Source of the DNA: Iphione sp. A-MEVVRFRX5 | Taxonomy: Eukaryota | NCBI GenBank assembly: GCA_976226885.1 | Contig: OZ320315.1 | Location: 96,906,001-96,970,000, forward strand | Length of the DNA stretch: 64,000 nt | Reading direction: 5' to 3' | Shown: piece by piece, positions 13,171-24,989 of the stretch | Numbering within the stretch: position 1 is the stretch's first letter | How the letters are laid out: each line of letters opens with the position of its first letter | Program-made: the position numbers and the translations under genes | Notes under the pieces: generated by a model | Database searches by the model: none | Seen by the model: only the letters and a program-made list of their open reading frames with translations | What the model was told of the DNA's origin: nothing

Positions 13171-16100
13171 TACTTGATCAGTTAATTCCACCAGAGAGCA
13201 GTTCTCAGCCTGGCCCCTAGACGACATTGTGTGTATTGTAGTTTATACATGAACATAGAAAAGCAAATCGACAATAGTAAAGGAGGTTCCATCTATTCTG
13301 CAAGATGGGGCACAGAACATAATATGAATGTGTACATAGCAAACCTGCCTTATTGCTGTCTGTAGTGGTTGTCAGTCTCCCTCCTTCTCTGTCTGCTCTG
13401 AACTGATCATTCAGTTGTCCTTATATATTTACATGTTCTAAAATGCTACAAAATGTGTAGATGTACAGTAGAGCCCCATGACCTATACTACACTATCATG
13501 ATGGCAAAATAACGCTACACTTCCATAGAAAATTGTCCTTTTTTATGAGGTCTTGTGCACAATGTTTCGTGCATTGAGCAGCTGTCGTTCCATCTTTTTG
13601 CCATTCCATTGGATTTTGAGTAAGTGGTATGCAAGAGTCATGGAATGTGCCGCGAAAGGTTAGTACCTCCCATAATAATTATATTACACTGCATTATAGT
13701 TGACCAAAGTTCACTGACTGATTAAAGGGTTGAGCCGATTTTGTCCTACTGGAACAAGGAAGAAAGGAATGGAGAGCCAATAACACAGACATCAAAGACC
13801 CAACTGGTGTCGCACCAAGGGAGATATCTAACGGGCCGAATTTACGGCCTTAGTTGACTCATGTTCCTCCTGACCTGAAACCCGTGCTGATGTCATCTGT
13901 TGGAGTTGTGTCATGTCTGCCGGGATTCCATTGTTGAGAAAAAAATAATGCGATAATACTTGTGTCTGTTCACCATGGGATGCACTTTTCTGTATCAATG
14001 ATATTTCACTACGGTTTTCGTATGCACTGGATCATTATCACTGGATCATTATCACATTCACAGTATTTACTGTAAGTATCAATTACGTGGCTATTGTATG
14101 CGAATAAAATCACTGAGTTCTGTAACCTATATAATGGGTTGTTTCTATGTCTACCTATTTTTCATAAATGTAAAATCGTTAAACCCTCTCCTAATATATA
14201 GCGTCTGCTCATTGTGAAGCCTAGACGAATTTAAACTTGTTCGAGCGAATACACTGAATCTAACTGCATCATGACGGAAAGTCAATTTCAAACTATAATT
14301 ATTTTGTCACTGTTAATAATAGCGTTAATGATAGTACTTACTAACGGTTGTAGCGAATATCGTTAATAACTGACAACGACTGTTCAAGCCTGTCTAGTAA
14401 CAGTCTGTATACGTGATCGTGCATGATGTATGGCAGTCACACAGTCCCAGTAGTAAATATTTAAAAATAAACAACATGCTGAAAGCGTTGTTGTTATCGT
14501 CTTCAACATGGACGCCAATCGGCAGTACCTTTATCTATTTTGGAAAATATGAAGCTTAAGGGGATCTCACTAGTCTAACATATGTACCTTGCCATTCTCA
14601 GTATTTGAAACCAGCCAAACAAAAGGATTCATTACGTAAACAAACACTGGCCCTGCCCAAGCCAAGCAGGTCCAGTCAAGTAAAAAGGGGGCAGGGCACT
14701 GCGAACTCCGATATAGTGTAAACAAAACACATGATGGCTACAACTACTATCCTGTCAAGAAACTGTACGTGTAACATGTACGCCTTACCTTTCGAAGGGT
14801 CTGTCAGAGTTATTGATCACCACCGCCAGATTAAATCGACCAGGAAGGGGTTGTTTCGATTATATGAGTCCCAGCTGCAGCCTTGTAAGGCTGGCCTGGG
14901 TTCTATGCGTGACGTCACTTCATCAAGTGAGCGACGTCATCAGTTCCTGCAGAGAATTTTGTACACGTACTTCAGAGGGCGCCACAGAAGTTAGTTTAAC
15001 AAACTGCTGCTAGATGGCACTGAAAGCTTTCACAAATACAGATTAATGTTGGGACATATTAAAGAAATGTACACTTTAGCGAACCCACCCCTAAAGCCAA
15101 CCCTAAACATTAAAGATAAGACTTACTGTGAACTCTTACGGATTCAAGAAAATAGACGAAAAGGGACGGGGTCCATTCTACCATAATCTATCCTAGAAGT
15201 CAACATATACCGGTATGTATAAACTTTTTTTGTTGTTTTTGTTTTATAGCTACTTTAAATTCTCTCTATTGTCTCATTACTTTATGTGAAAAACACCTGT
15301 ACAATGGAATGCTATGATCATTCTATAATAAACTGGCTGGTATTTTTACAGAAAATCATTCTTTTAATGAAACAGGATATCCCCTATAGTGTTTATAGTT
15401 TCATTACCCTCTGAACAGAACATGAGGCTATGCAATTTTTTTTTAGAAGTGATTGCTTTTAAACATTTTTCTATGTTGTGGTTTGGTTAGGTTAGTAAAA
15501 TAATGTCATGGTTTAGTTAGGTTTCAAAAAAATTCAGGCAATGTTGTATCAACCTTAAAATTATAAAGTTCAGATAATGTTAGAATGAAACATTCCTAAA
15601 ACTTTGTGGTTTGATTAGATGGGTAGATTGACGTTTTTTTTATTGAAACTAGACTTCTTAGTTTAGGGGAGATTTTGGCCGAGTCCCTCAAGTCACCTCT
15701 AGTTACAGACCTGGAGCGAAGCTAGATATTCTTTCTAATTCGGAAGAAAATAATAGGAAAGGTCTTCAGCATTTTACCCACTAGTAATCCACGAATACAG
15801 CAATAAATACAAGATTTCAGAAGGACAAAACTGAAATCTAAATTCAGTTCGAAAAAAAGGATCACCCGCTACTGGTATTGTTTCAGCCACTCCAGAGAAG
15901 CGATATGCCAAGAGATAAGTTGAAGAATATTAATTTTAAAAGATCAACAACATAAAGTACGAGAGAACCGCGCCCTCCCCTACTGCTCTTTCATAGCAGT
16001 GGAGGGGGCATGGCACATTCCGTCCACCAGGGGGCCTGCACTGGCCCCTCCCCTGCACGTGACTAGGGGAGACACCAGGGTGGCTCTGCCAAAGTACAAG

Positions 16101-18916
16101 AACAATGGCAGAGGGAGGGGCTGCACTGTCACGACAACATCAAGGTGGCTCTTCGGATTTTGAAAGAGCCTTATTGCTAAGTATATTCAGTGAAAGTCCT
16201 GCCAACTGTAGAACTGTAAAAGAGGGCACCAGACCTCCACATAGGAGCTGTGAAAATCCATGCCCCAGTGATCATTTATATCTTCTCTAAAATGAGAGGC
16301 GGGGTGTGGCCTCCCACTCTTATAAGAGAGGACGTATACTCAGTCTTGAAAGGGGTGACATATACTCATTCTATATAATCCAATCTAACCCTCTTTCACT
16401 GACTTTTAGCTGGGAAAAACACCCCTTTCTTCCTGAAAAATAGCAAGGGCGAAGGGAAAAACATCCCTTTCTCCATGAAAAGTCTAGGAACTGAGAAAAC
16501 CAACCCTTTTTTTAGGAATCAAGGACATGCAAAGTCAGAAAATGATACCGCTTTCCTCTTAATTTTCAGAATGAACGTGCTTACCTAGTAGCTGCCAGAG
16601 TGTGGGGGTGGGGTGGGGGGACAGGGTATACCCAATAATAAAGCTTTAACAAGAATTTAGAACAATCATAACGCTTAAAGGAATAGCCGATATAGCCTTA
16701 CCAAGAATTAATCCATTGGTGACGCTTCATCAAGAATTGTTGCATGGTGCTCCGCCAAGAATTCAAAGGATCAAAATAGTTGCCCCCCCCTCCCTGTTCT
16801 CACATGAATGAACACGCGTTCGCCAACTACATTGGCTACATATATCATCTAGCTGTAGTCACGTTACCTTCACTTATTACTTATGCTCTTCCAACAACGG
16901 TGTGAGATGCCACTTAGTAGCCCATGTGCAGATGTGACAATCACCATAGTGCTAGATAGCAAACTTTGAGGCCTGGCAGAGTGACATCTCCCTTATCAAT
17001 GATAAGAGACAGGAGTCAGTTGACTGACAGCAACGTTTGCAACACTGTTATCCTTAGCATCCACACTTCTGCAATTGGTCAATTCTCAATGCTCCTGTAC
17101 CATTGTCCGGCCATCCGTCTGGATAGTGTGTCTCTGTTAAACCTCCAAACCCGGTGTGAAATGCATACATTCTAAATATTGAGGTTGGAAACTGTACAGG
17201 CTCCGTCTGGGACTTGGGTGGAGCCTGTACTGGCTCTGCCCTGAGCTCGAGTGAGCTACTCAGCTCCGGGTCGGGGGAAAGGAACCGTATTATATATAGG
17301 TGAACGCCAATGGAGTGGTTTTGTTTTTTAACTTTATTAATTCAGCAATTAACATCTTAATCTGACTTCTAAGTATGGTTTTTCGATCAGAATGGAACGG
17401 TATAATATTTTGCTGTGTATAGACAGCTGCCACTAGGTTAAAATTATTTCATTCTAAGTGATACAAATAGTAGATAATCGACAGCCGCGAACACGTACCA
17501 TATATATCTATAGTACGCACTTTCTGTGGACTCAGATATAATCTGCCATGTAGAAGTTACCTCTCCCCTTCCATCCTCCACCCACCCCCCATCATTGAAA
17601 CAAATTGTCAAATACATGTAGTTACTTACCTCATAAACTATAATAGGGGTGAGGTGGGCGAATTGTTCCGTGGACTACCCGATTCCCCCCCCCCCCTTAC
17701 ATCCCCCCGCCAGCAAGAAGGTGGCTGCGGAGACCTTGTCAGACCCCCTTACTGTACGTGATAATGACATAAGAGCATCACGAGGGAAGAATATCCACGT
17801 CATCACCAAGAATAGCACAGAATGGAATGGGGGGTGGGGTGGCCTGTCGGTTCAGCGGCGCAGCACTACTGTATTGTACTGCACGTGTGTGTGTATGTGT
17901 GTGTGTTGTGTGTGTATGTGAAAGTAATGGCATCTAAATTGTCCGGTGATATTATGACAAAAATTAGCATGAAAGTGCGACGAATGTGAATTCATATAAA
18001 CGAGGAAGCAGAGATTTAGAAAAATTACCAAATCACCTGCCAGGTTAAGTAGCCTATACAAAAAGTTAACACTGAACCAAGTGGACGATGGACAATCAAC
18101 AATCAAAAAGTTAATAATTTGATCCGGAATTTGATAATGCTGAGTTAAAACCCAAACCATTATTTTGTGAGCACAGTTAGTATTGTCAGGACGTTTATAT
18201 ATACCTAGTGTTGTAAAAGGAACGTGCATTCGGACATGAGAGGCACCCAAGCCTTCCACCTGCCCAGTTGTAAAGGCACGCATAAAATACGTTTGTGTCA
18301 GTGTAATGTGCACGGCCTATGGTAGTCCAGCGCACAGATCTTCTGGATTGTATCCCCCCCCCCCCGCTCCCGCCCCCGGGGCGGTATAGTGGGGTGAGTG
18401 TGGGTACTAGTTCCGTCAATGAGCAGGTATGAACGCCGTAAATGATCGAGGCTGATTCCACAACGACTACGGCCCCTCTGCACTTACATGCCACCCGCGC
18501 CCTCCCACGCCCACTCGGAGGTGGGTGCTGTTACAGCTTGCCTCGGGTGGGAGGGAGGGTTGGGGGGTAGGTGGCTTGCGGTCAGGTGACCAGCGCCTCG
18601 TGCGCGGTCAGTTTTCAATTGGCCATGCTGCCAAGCAGACATGGCAAAAGACACAACCGTCAAGGGTAAGTATTTTTTCTACTAACACGTTCCCGTAGAA
18701 TAAGTGTTGGTGTTGCGTTGTGTTGTGTTGTGTTGGTCTCGTCTCACTAATAAATTTGGTCAGCTGGTGGACACTACTACGAGTCCTGTTTTTGCGGACC
18801 GTTTTCGGTCTCGGGCTGCCAAGTTGCCGGCAAGCTGCCGGGTAACCCACGTCTTGTAGTACGTGGGAGTCACCCGTCCGAGGCAGCTACCACGGAGTTC
18901 CACGGGTTCACCCGTC

Positions 18917-18946
18917 TATAAAGAGTGCTAAAACTTTAGTCACTCA
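18917..18946 (+). promoter_or_regulatory. TATA box plus Inr-like core promoter
   Basis: TATAAAAG at 18917-18924 and TCACTC at 18941-18946 (A is 26 nt after the first T of TATA). Confidence 0.35.
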
Positions 18947-20759
18947 CACCGGAGTTTGCCCGACTTGAGGGAAACTCTGTTATCTTTTTTTCAGGACCAT
19001 GTTTTTGATGAGGAAGCGTGCCGGGTCTAGACTGGCAGGCATCGCGCGTCTTTGGGTGTTACTCTTCAGCAGAACAACTTGTTTCCGTTGTTGGCGGCTG
19101 AAATGAACACCTGTTCCACGCACGTACTGCGGACCCACTTGGCTTCTCTGAATTTGCAATTGACGTCGAACCCTGTTAATGACTTGGGCTGGTATTGTTT
19201 CTCTTTTAAACTGCAGACCAAGGTGACTTAATCTTTGGTTTTCAGCGGCTTGGTTGTCTTGTACTTTGTGGCTTGGGCACCCAAAGTACAAGTCTTCGCA
19301 TTTAACATCTGTGTCGCAAAAATCAACACTAAATCAGTGGGCAGAGAAAGAAGGGATGTTTTTTTTAATGTCTGCATTGCTCGTTCTTAGCGACAATACG
19401 GCAGTTGCCCAGCCCTGCCTTCGGTCCCTGGGCAAGGACGGGATATGTGGTGATGGTTTCCGTGATGGTTATGTCCATTATGATTGTTTGATAGGCGAAT
19501 GAGTCTCTTGACCTGTTGCCCCACATCCACCCCCTCCTTTATTTCTCTGTTCCCTTGTAGAGAGCAGGCCCGTAGACATGAAGTCTTGTTGGGCCCATCT
19601 CAAATTAGAGAGGTGGAACCCTTAATCCAATCATATAACCTAATACCTCACCTCCTAGGGCATTCTTAGGTCAAGATCTCTGCTCTGAAGAGGAATCATC
19701 TGTGACAATTGCAGCCCTTAAAGGGTTACTTTATTTTTTCGAGTTCCTCAACTCTACATGTAGTTGACTTGAGATGATCAATTAACTGTGCCTCGTCTCT
19801 GACTAGTAATTGTAATGCATTGTTAATTGAAACAATGCTGCTGTCTGTATAGTCTTTGATTTTTTTTTCATTTCACATAGGACATAACTCTCATATCAAC
19901 AATATGAGTGAGTCATGAGTGAGTCAGTGTGAGAATTATAGGACCGTACAATGAAAGGAGAAATACTTCGAAAAAAGGGAAGACGGAATACGCTTGTGAA
20001 GAATGTCTCTCCTTGTGCTAATATTTCACTAATATTAATTGTGATTGTCTATTTTTGATATATCCCATGATGCATCAGTGATGCTGATGCATTGGGTGAT
20101 ACACTATTTTTGTATGGAACTTGCATAACTACAGGTCATGTCAAAGTGTGTTCCAGAACACATACAGAGACAATTTAGGTACCAAAACACTGGAAATTAC
20201 CTCCAGAACACTTTCTTAATTGAACATTTTGTCCTAGGAGCAATATTTTTTCATGTTTGCTTTCCAGTAATGTAAATTAGTATACATTTGATGGAAATTT
20301 TCCCAATTGTACCTTACATTCAATCTTGTCTTGTTGCCATGGCAACTAAAAAAATGGAATAAAAATGTTTTCAAAAAAATATGCAATTCCAAGGCTTTCA
20401 CATGATATAATATGACACTACAAAGCATCTCTTGTCTTAAACCCTACAACTAAGTATGATCCAAAAAACTTGTTGCCTATTCCCAAAGCACACCTACGAC
20501 ACACTCGCAGAAAATGCAGCACCAGCATGGAACATGTAGTGATGGCTTGGTTCATGCTGGTGCTGAATTTTCTGGGAAGCCATCCTTTACAGCCATCACA
20601 CAGGAGTTACCTCTTGCCTTGGCCACTTTACCATGGGGCTAGTGTTTGTGGCCTCATTGTCAAGTATTTGGCAGAGAAGAGGGTAGGGCCCTTAGTGAAC
20701 ACTAAATATTTAATCAGGGTTTCGACATGTCGCCTCAGGCACAGGCTTTGTCAAAATGT

Positions 20760-22930
20760 GTCCAGGTTCAGTGGTCCACAGAGGATGTATGTGTGGGTCA
20801 GAAACACAGGGCAGCTATACAGGGTATTTTATGAGGTTATTGATTCTGATATTCACTGTCTAGGTTATCAAGTCCATGTGATGATAATGTTCGCAGTCTC
20901 AATCCATTTGTTCTGGAGGTATTCCTGGTGATTTTCAAGCCATCCATCTTAGGTTATGTTGTATACATTCTCTGATGCTTATCTATAAGTTTTTAGAAAA
21001 TTCATGTCTACGAGTGTTAAAATGTTCTGCAATAAAATTTTTCTTTTCTGGTTTGTAATGTCATAACAGGTGGTGTCTAAAATGTTATCTATCATAGTCA
21101 ACGGTCTTAAAATGGTTTGGAAACTTTTGTAGCAACATTTTGAGTCTTCAAGATGTTTTCCTAATATGTTCCACTTCAGGTTGATATTGAGTCTATCGTG
21201 TTTGCCCACATCAGTCCAAGTCATTAGGTTGTTTTGTACAGCAAGGTGACGTCCATGGTGTTCAGACAATGTGGTTTGTGGAAGTCAACTGATCAGTGTA
21301 TGCAGAAACCTTGGTGGTGCATCTGTTAGCTGAGATGACTGGTCTTCCTGGTGGGGGAGACGATTCTTTATGTAACTTTGGTATTAGGTATAGCTCAGGT
21401 AAGAGGTATAGCTCAGGTAGTAGGCATAGCTCAGGTAAGCTCAGGTAATAGCTTAGGTATTAGGTGTAGCTATGATACTAGGTTTAGTTCAGGTAATAGG
21501 TATAGCTTAGGTATTAGGTGTAGCTCAGGTAAGTGCAGGTAATAGGTATAGCTTAGGCATTAGGTATAGCTCAGGTAAGTGCAGGTAATAGGTATAGCTT
21601 AGGTATTAGGTATAGCTCAGGTAAGCTGAGGTATTAGGTATAGGTAAGGTAAGTGTAGGTAATAGGTATAGCTTAGGTATTAGGTATAGCTCAGGTAATA
21701 TATATAGCTTAGGTATTAGGTATAGCCCAGGTAGCCTATAGTAGGCATAGCTTAGTGGTTAGGTAAAGCTCAGGTGTGGGTGGTATAATTCATTAGCTAA
21801 TCTTAGGGTCCTTTTTTTTTCCTGGTTTAATGTTTCTCTTTTGGGGTTGCCTCGAAGGGTATGATTTGTAATGTTCTTTTGTAGTTTTCCGCGTTCGATG
21901 TCACTCGTTTGTATGCCTTTTTGATGATTATGAAGAGCACTTTAAATCTTAATGTGTGAAATGATTGTTGATGACAGTAACTTTTATTCGCACACCTCAT
22001 TATTCTCTATCAATCCCGGGATTTTTGTAAGTGTCTGCATTCTATAGAGACTTGCAGTATGTCGACAATTGCAAGTTGCCTTCTTCAGCTGTGGTTTTTT
22101 ATGTTCTTTGTTCAGGACAACCTTGCTGTTCTCGTGTGGTTTTCATTTATGGCAGAGCCCAATCCACTAACATTAATGGTTCATTTTTTCATGATGAGGC
22201 TATGCATCGATTTATCCGTTCCTGTTCATTTTTTATTTCTCATCTTTCGATGAGTCCGGTTTGGGAGACACGTGTATAAATTCTAATACTGAAATGATTT
22301 TTTATATGCAGACAAGTTTTATTAAAGTGTACCGTGTACACATATTCTTGTCCTTTGTTTTGAAAATGCCATACAGATGATTTTTGAATCTTTCAACTTG
22401 ACTCAGTTTTAATCATAGTGTCCTTTATGGTGTCGGATCGTTATGAGTATGTCCCAGGTTTTCTGACAGTTCATTCAATATCCATGTTGCCTTCTTGGTA
22501 TTTAGTGATAAATATGATAGGTCTTCTTAGTTAGAAAGACTGGGTTCCTGCCTCTTGTTTGTGCTACTGAGTTGTGGTGCAGATGATTGAGGTGCTGTCT
22601 TGTGCTTGCAGTATTACTGCAAGGGCAGGGCGCTTCTCCCGCCTGGGCAGCGCCGACCACCGTACATATGTCTGAATTTGGAGGATTTTTGGAGGATCAT
22701 TCTTCAATTATTCATGCTTTCTTTATTCCTGGAGTAGTTAATACTCATGAAGATTATGCATCTTGTGTCTTCAAGAATAAATTGGAATGGAACTGTAAAA
22801 ATCTGTCATTCTAGTAATTTGTGGCATTCACAAAGTAGGTGGAATGCATTGTTTTTCTAAAAGCTGGGATCCTCACCATCCTACCCTTAGGCAGGCTTTG
22901 TACTGCATGAAGTGCTCTTCTTTGCTGTGT
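20760..22930 (-). mobile_element. Decayed Penelope-like element (RT region)
   Basis: Manual minus-strand translation gives IIIKKAYK (IIKxADKG block, about 21915-21940), PTPELYL..PKLHKESSPPPGRPVISAN (21301-21390) and LNTMDVTLLY (xDVxSLY motif, about 21235-21265). Many stops and frameshifts; no GIY-YIG endonuclease was recognised. Confidence 0.75.
21379..21775. repeat. Minisatellite inside the Penelope-like RT
   Basis: Variants of ggtattaggtatagctca, with a higher-order unit of about 48 bp. Confidence 0.95.
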
Positions 22931-23338
22931 TGTTGGCAAGCATCCTGGCACTCTTAGGTTATCAGGCTTAAGGTCCCCAGTGGCTGCCCCCCCCCCGAGC
23001 TATGTTTTACGTCGGGCTGTGGTAACGATGGCAGGCAATCCTCAGTGGCTGTGGTGTAACGATTGACAGGGGTCAGTGAGCCTTGCAAGGTGGTGGTGTA
23101 CAACCAGCAGTCACGGTACCAAGTCACTCAACCCCTCACCCCAAGGTTACAGTGGTTTGGGTGACCACCGGAGTCTGGCTGCACGAGGGGATGCTTCTCT
23201 GGGTTTCTCAGGCCCAGGTGAAGTCTGTGGTTAGGTATGTGCCACGTACGTGTCTTTGAGTAACTCTTGTAAGGTAGTTGATTTTCTTAGTTTCGAATGG
23301 TGAGATATTTATGCCCATTACGAGTAGCAAATTGCCTG

Positions 23339-24600
23339 CTAATCAATTCCTTTTGAAATAACCTCGTACCGCAAGTTGACTAACCGAAGTGACCTGTAAT
23401 ATATCTTGCCCTCCATGTTTATTCCTTCCTCAGTACACATTTTGGGCAGATATTTGTCCAGTGTATGGAGTCTACACAATTGGAGAGAAAATCTTTGTTG
23501 GGGTCGCCAGTAGAACTTGCCCTCTGAAGGAATATCCTCAAGGTATTTTTTTGAACATGGAAACAATACATTTGGGATTGTTTGGACTAGCATAATGTCA
23601 TATAAGCATAGATCTTGAGGTACATTCATTTGTCCCTGTAACTTCCTTAGACAGCCTTCCACGACAGACAAGATAGGGTATGACAATGACCCTATCTTAA
23701 GGGTATGATAATGAGTGCAAGAAAGACTATCTTATATTGATACCCTATCATATATTGGTTGACCTCAAGCTTGGAATCCAAACACTTTACAGTTGTAGAA
23801 ATATACACCATATGATAAAAGCCTTTTTCAGTAATGCCATTATCCCAGAGCTGATGCTCATCCTCCTCAGTTATCACATCTGCTCTTTCAGGGTGAGTCC
23901 CCATATCTGTAGCGATCAATTCCTTATGGCTAGCGTCTAGTGCATCCCTGAAGGTTTTAATATGGGGATCATCCTTTTTCAACAAACAGATGCTATGGTC
24001 AAGGTCAAGGTTCAGTGTTACAGTGTTGCAGACTGCGGGGCCTCGCCAGTCCAATTCTCAAGTTGTGAACAGCGCGTGACGAGTGCACATGGCACAGGTC
24101 ACTCACCCCCTCTTGCCAGGATTATAGTGGTCTGGAGGAAACCACCGGTGTGCTGTCACATGGGTGGGTGGGTCACTCAGTCTGTCGCAGACGAGGATGC
24201 CTGGCTTGATGGTATGTCATCCAAGATGGTCTCTCACATAGCGTTGAAGGCCGGCTGCTATGCTTGTCAGAGATCCTAAAAAAACTACATAATACACATT
24301 TCGGAGAATAAAATATTATTGGTGGGCCCCCCATCAAATATTTTCAATTATTTCTTATTTTACTTATCTGGTGGATATGCACTCCCATCCTTTGTCACCG
24401 CCAAAATAAAGTGTGACCACTAATAGTCTCAAGAGATCAGTGTCAGGAAAATCCAACGGGGTAATGGGCCAGTTTGAATGAATACCCTCTTGCCAATCGT
24501 GCCAAAGGCGCCAATATCTTAAATCTAATTTAAGTGGAAAGTGGAAGTACGGAATTGTAATTTCAACTTTCAACACGTTATTGCTATGATTACGTACCAC
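23339..24600 (-). mobile_element. Crypton-like DUF3504 YR gene, copy C1 (pseudogenised, SINE-interrupted)
   Basis: DGSAYPP | intron 24276-24367 | GSLTSIAAGLQRYVRDHLG, then LLKKDDPHIKTFRDALDASHKELIATDMGTHPERADVITEEDEHQLWDNG, then YLPKMCTEEGINMEGK. Confidence 0.85.
23998..24212 (-). mobile_element. 215-bp SINE-like insertion with 4-bp target-site duplication (TATG)
   Basis: Flanked by TATG at 23994-23997 and 24213-24216. The minus strand ends in GAACCTTGACCTTGAC (tandem tail). Removing it restores the frame LG*HSICLLKKDD, matching LGRSSVWLLKKDH of copy C2. Confidence 0.7.
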
Positions 24601-24989
24601 TCTTCACGATGATGGCCCATGGAAGGAGGCACTGTTACCAACCAAAACTAGTTATGTAATGTAAAATATCTGGAAGCAGCTAGTTTGAATGCATCCTTTG
24701 GTTGGTGGAATCTGCAAGGCAGTAAGTTCGTTCTACTTATAGACGAAATATTTCTGTTTCACGTTAACCTTTGCAGCCTTCAGACATTGTGCCTTTGTTA
24801 CTTGATCGGTGAGGCAAGCATTAACGGAAAGTAATATGGGTCAAAGTTGGACATTATCATGTTAGGCCATTAATGTCTCAAACAACTGTGCATGTGTGTA
24901 GAGTGAAACAGTCTCGACAGCACAAACTTGCAGACCTGACAGTGTCTGGCCCAGTCTGCATGTTATAAGACACACGATGTGAATTAACA

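Noticed and set aside
21379-21775. Telomere-like (TTAGG) array associated with a Penelope element
   Set aside because: The unit is explained as amplified RT codons (PELYLI); TTAGG matches are incidental.
22040-22090. Hammerhead-like CTGAAGA-stem-GACA on the minus strand within the Penelope-like element
   Set aside because: GAAA core is mutated, stems I/III and the cleavage triplet were not found, and it lies within the decayed coding region rather than a terminal repeat.
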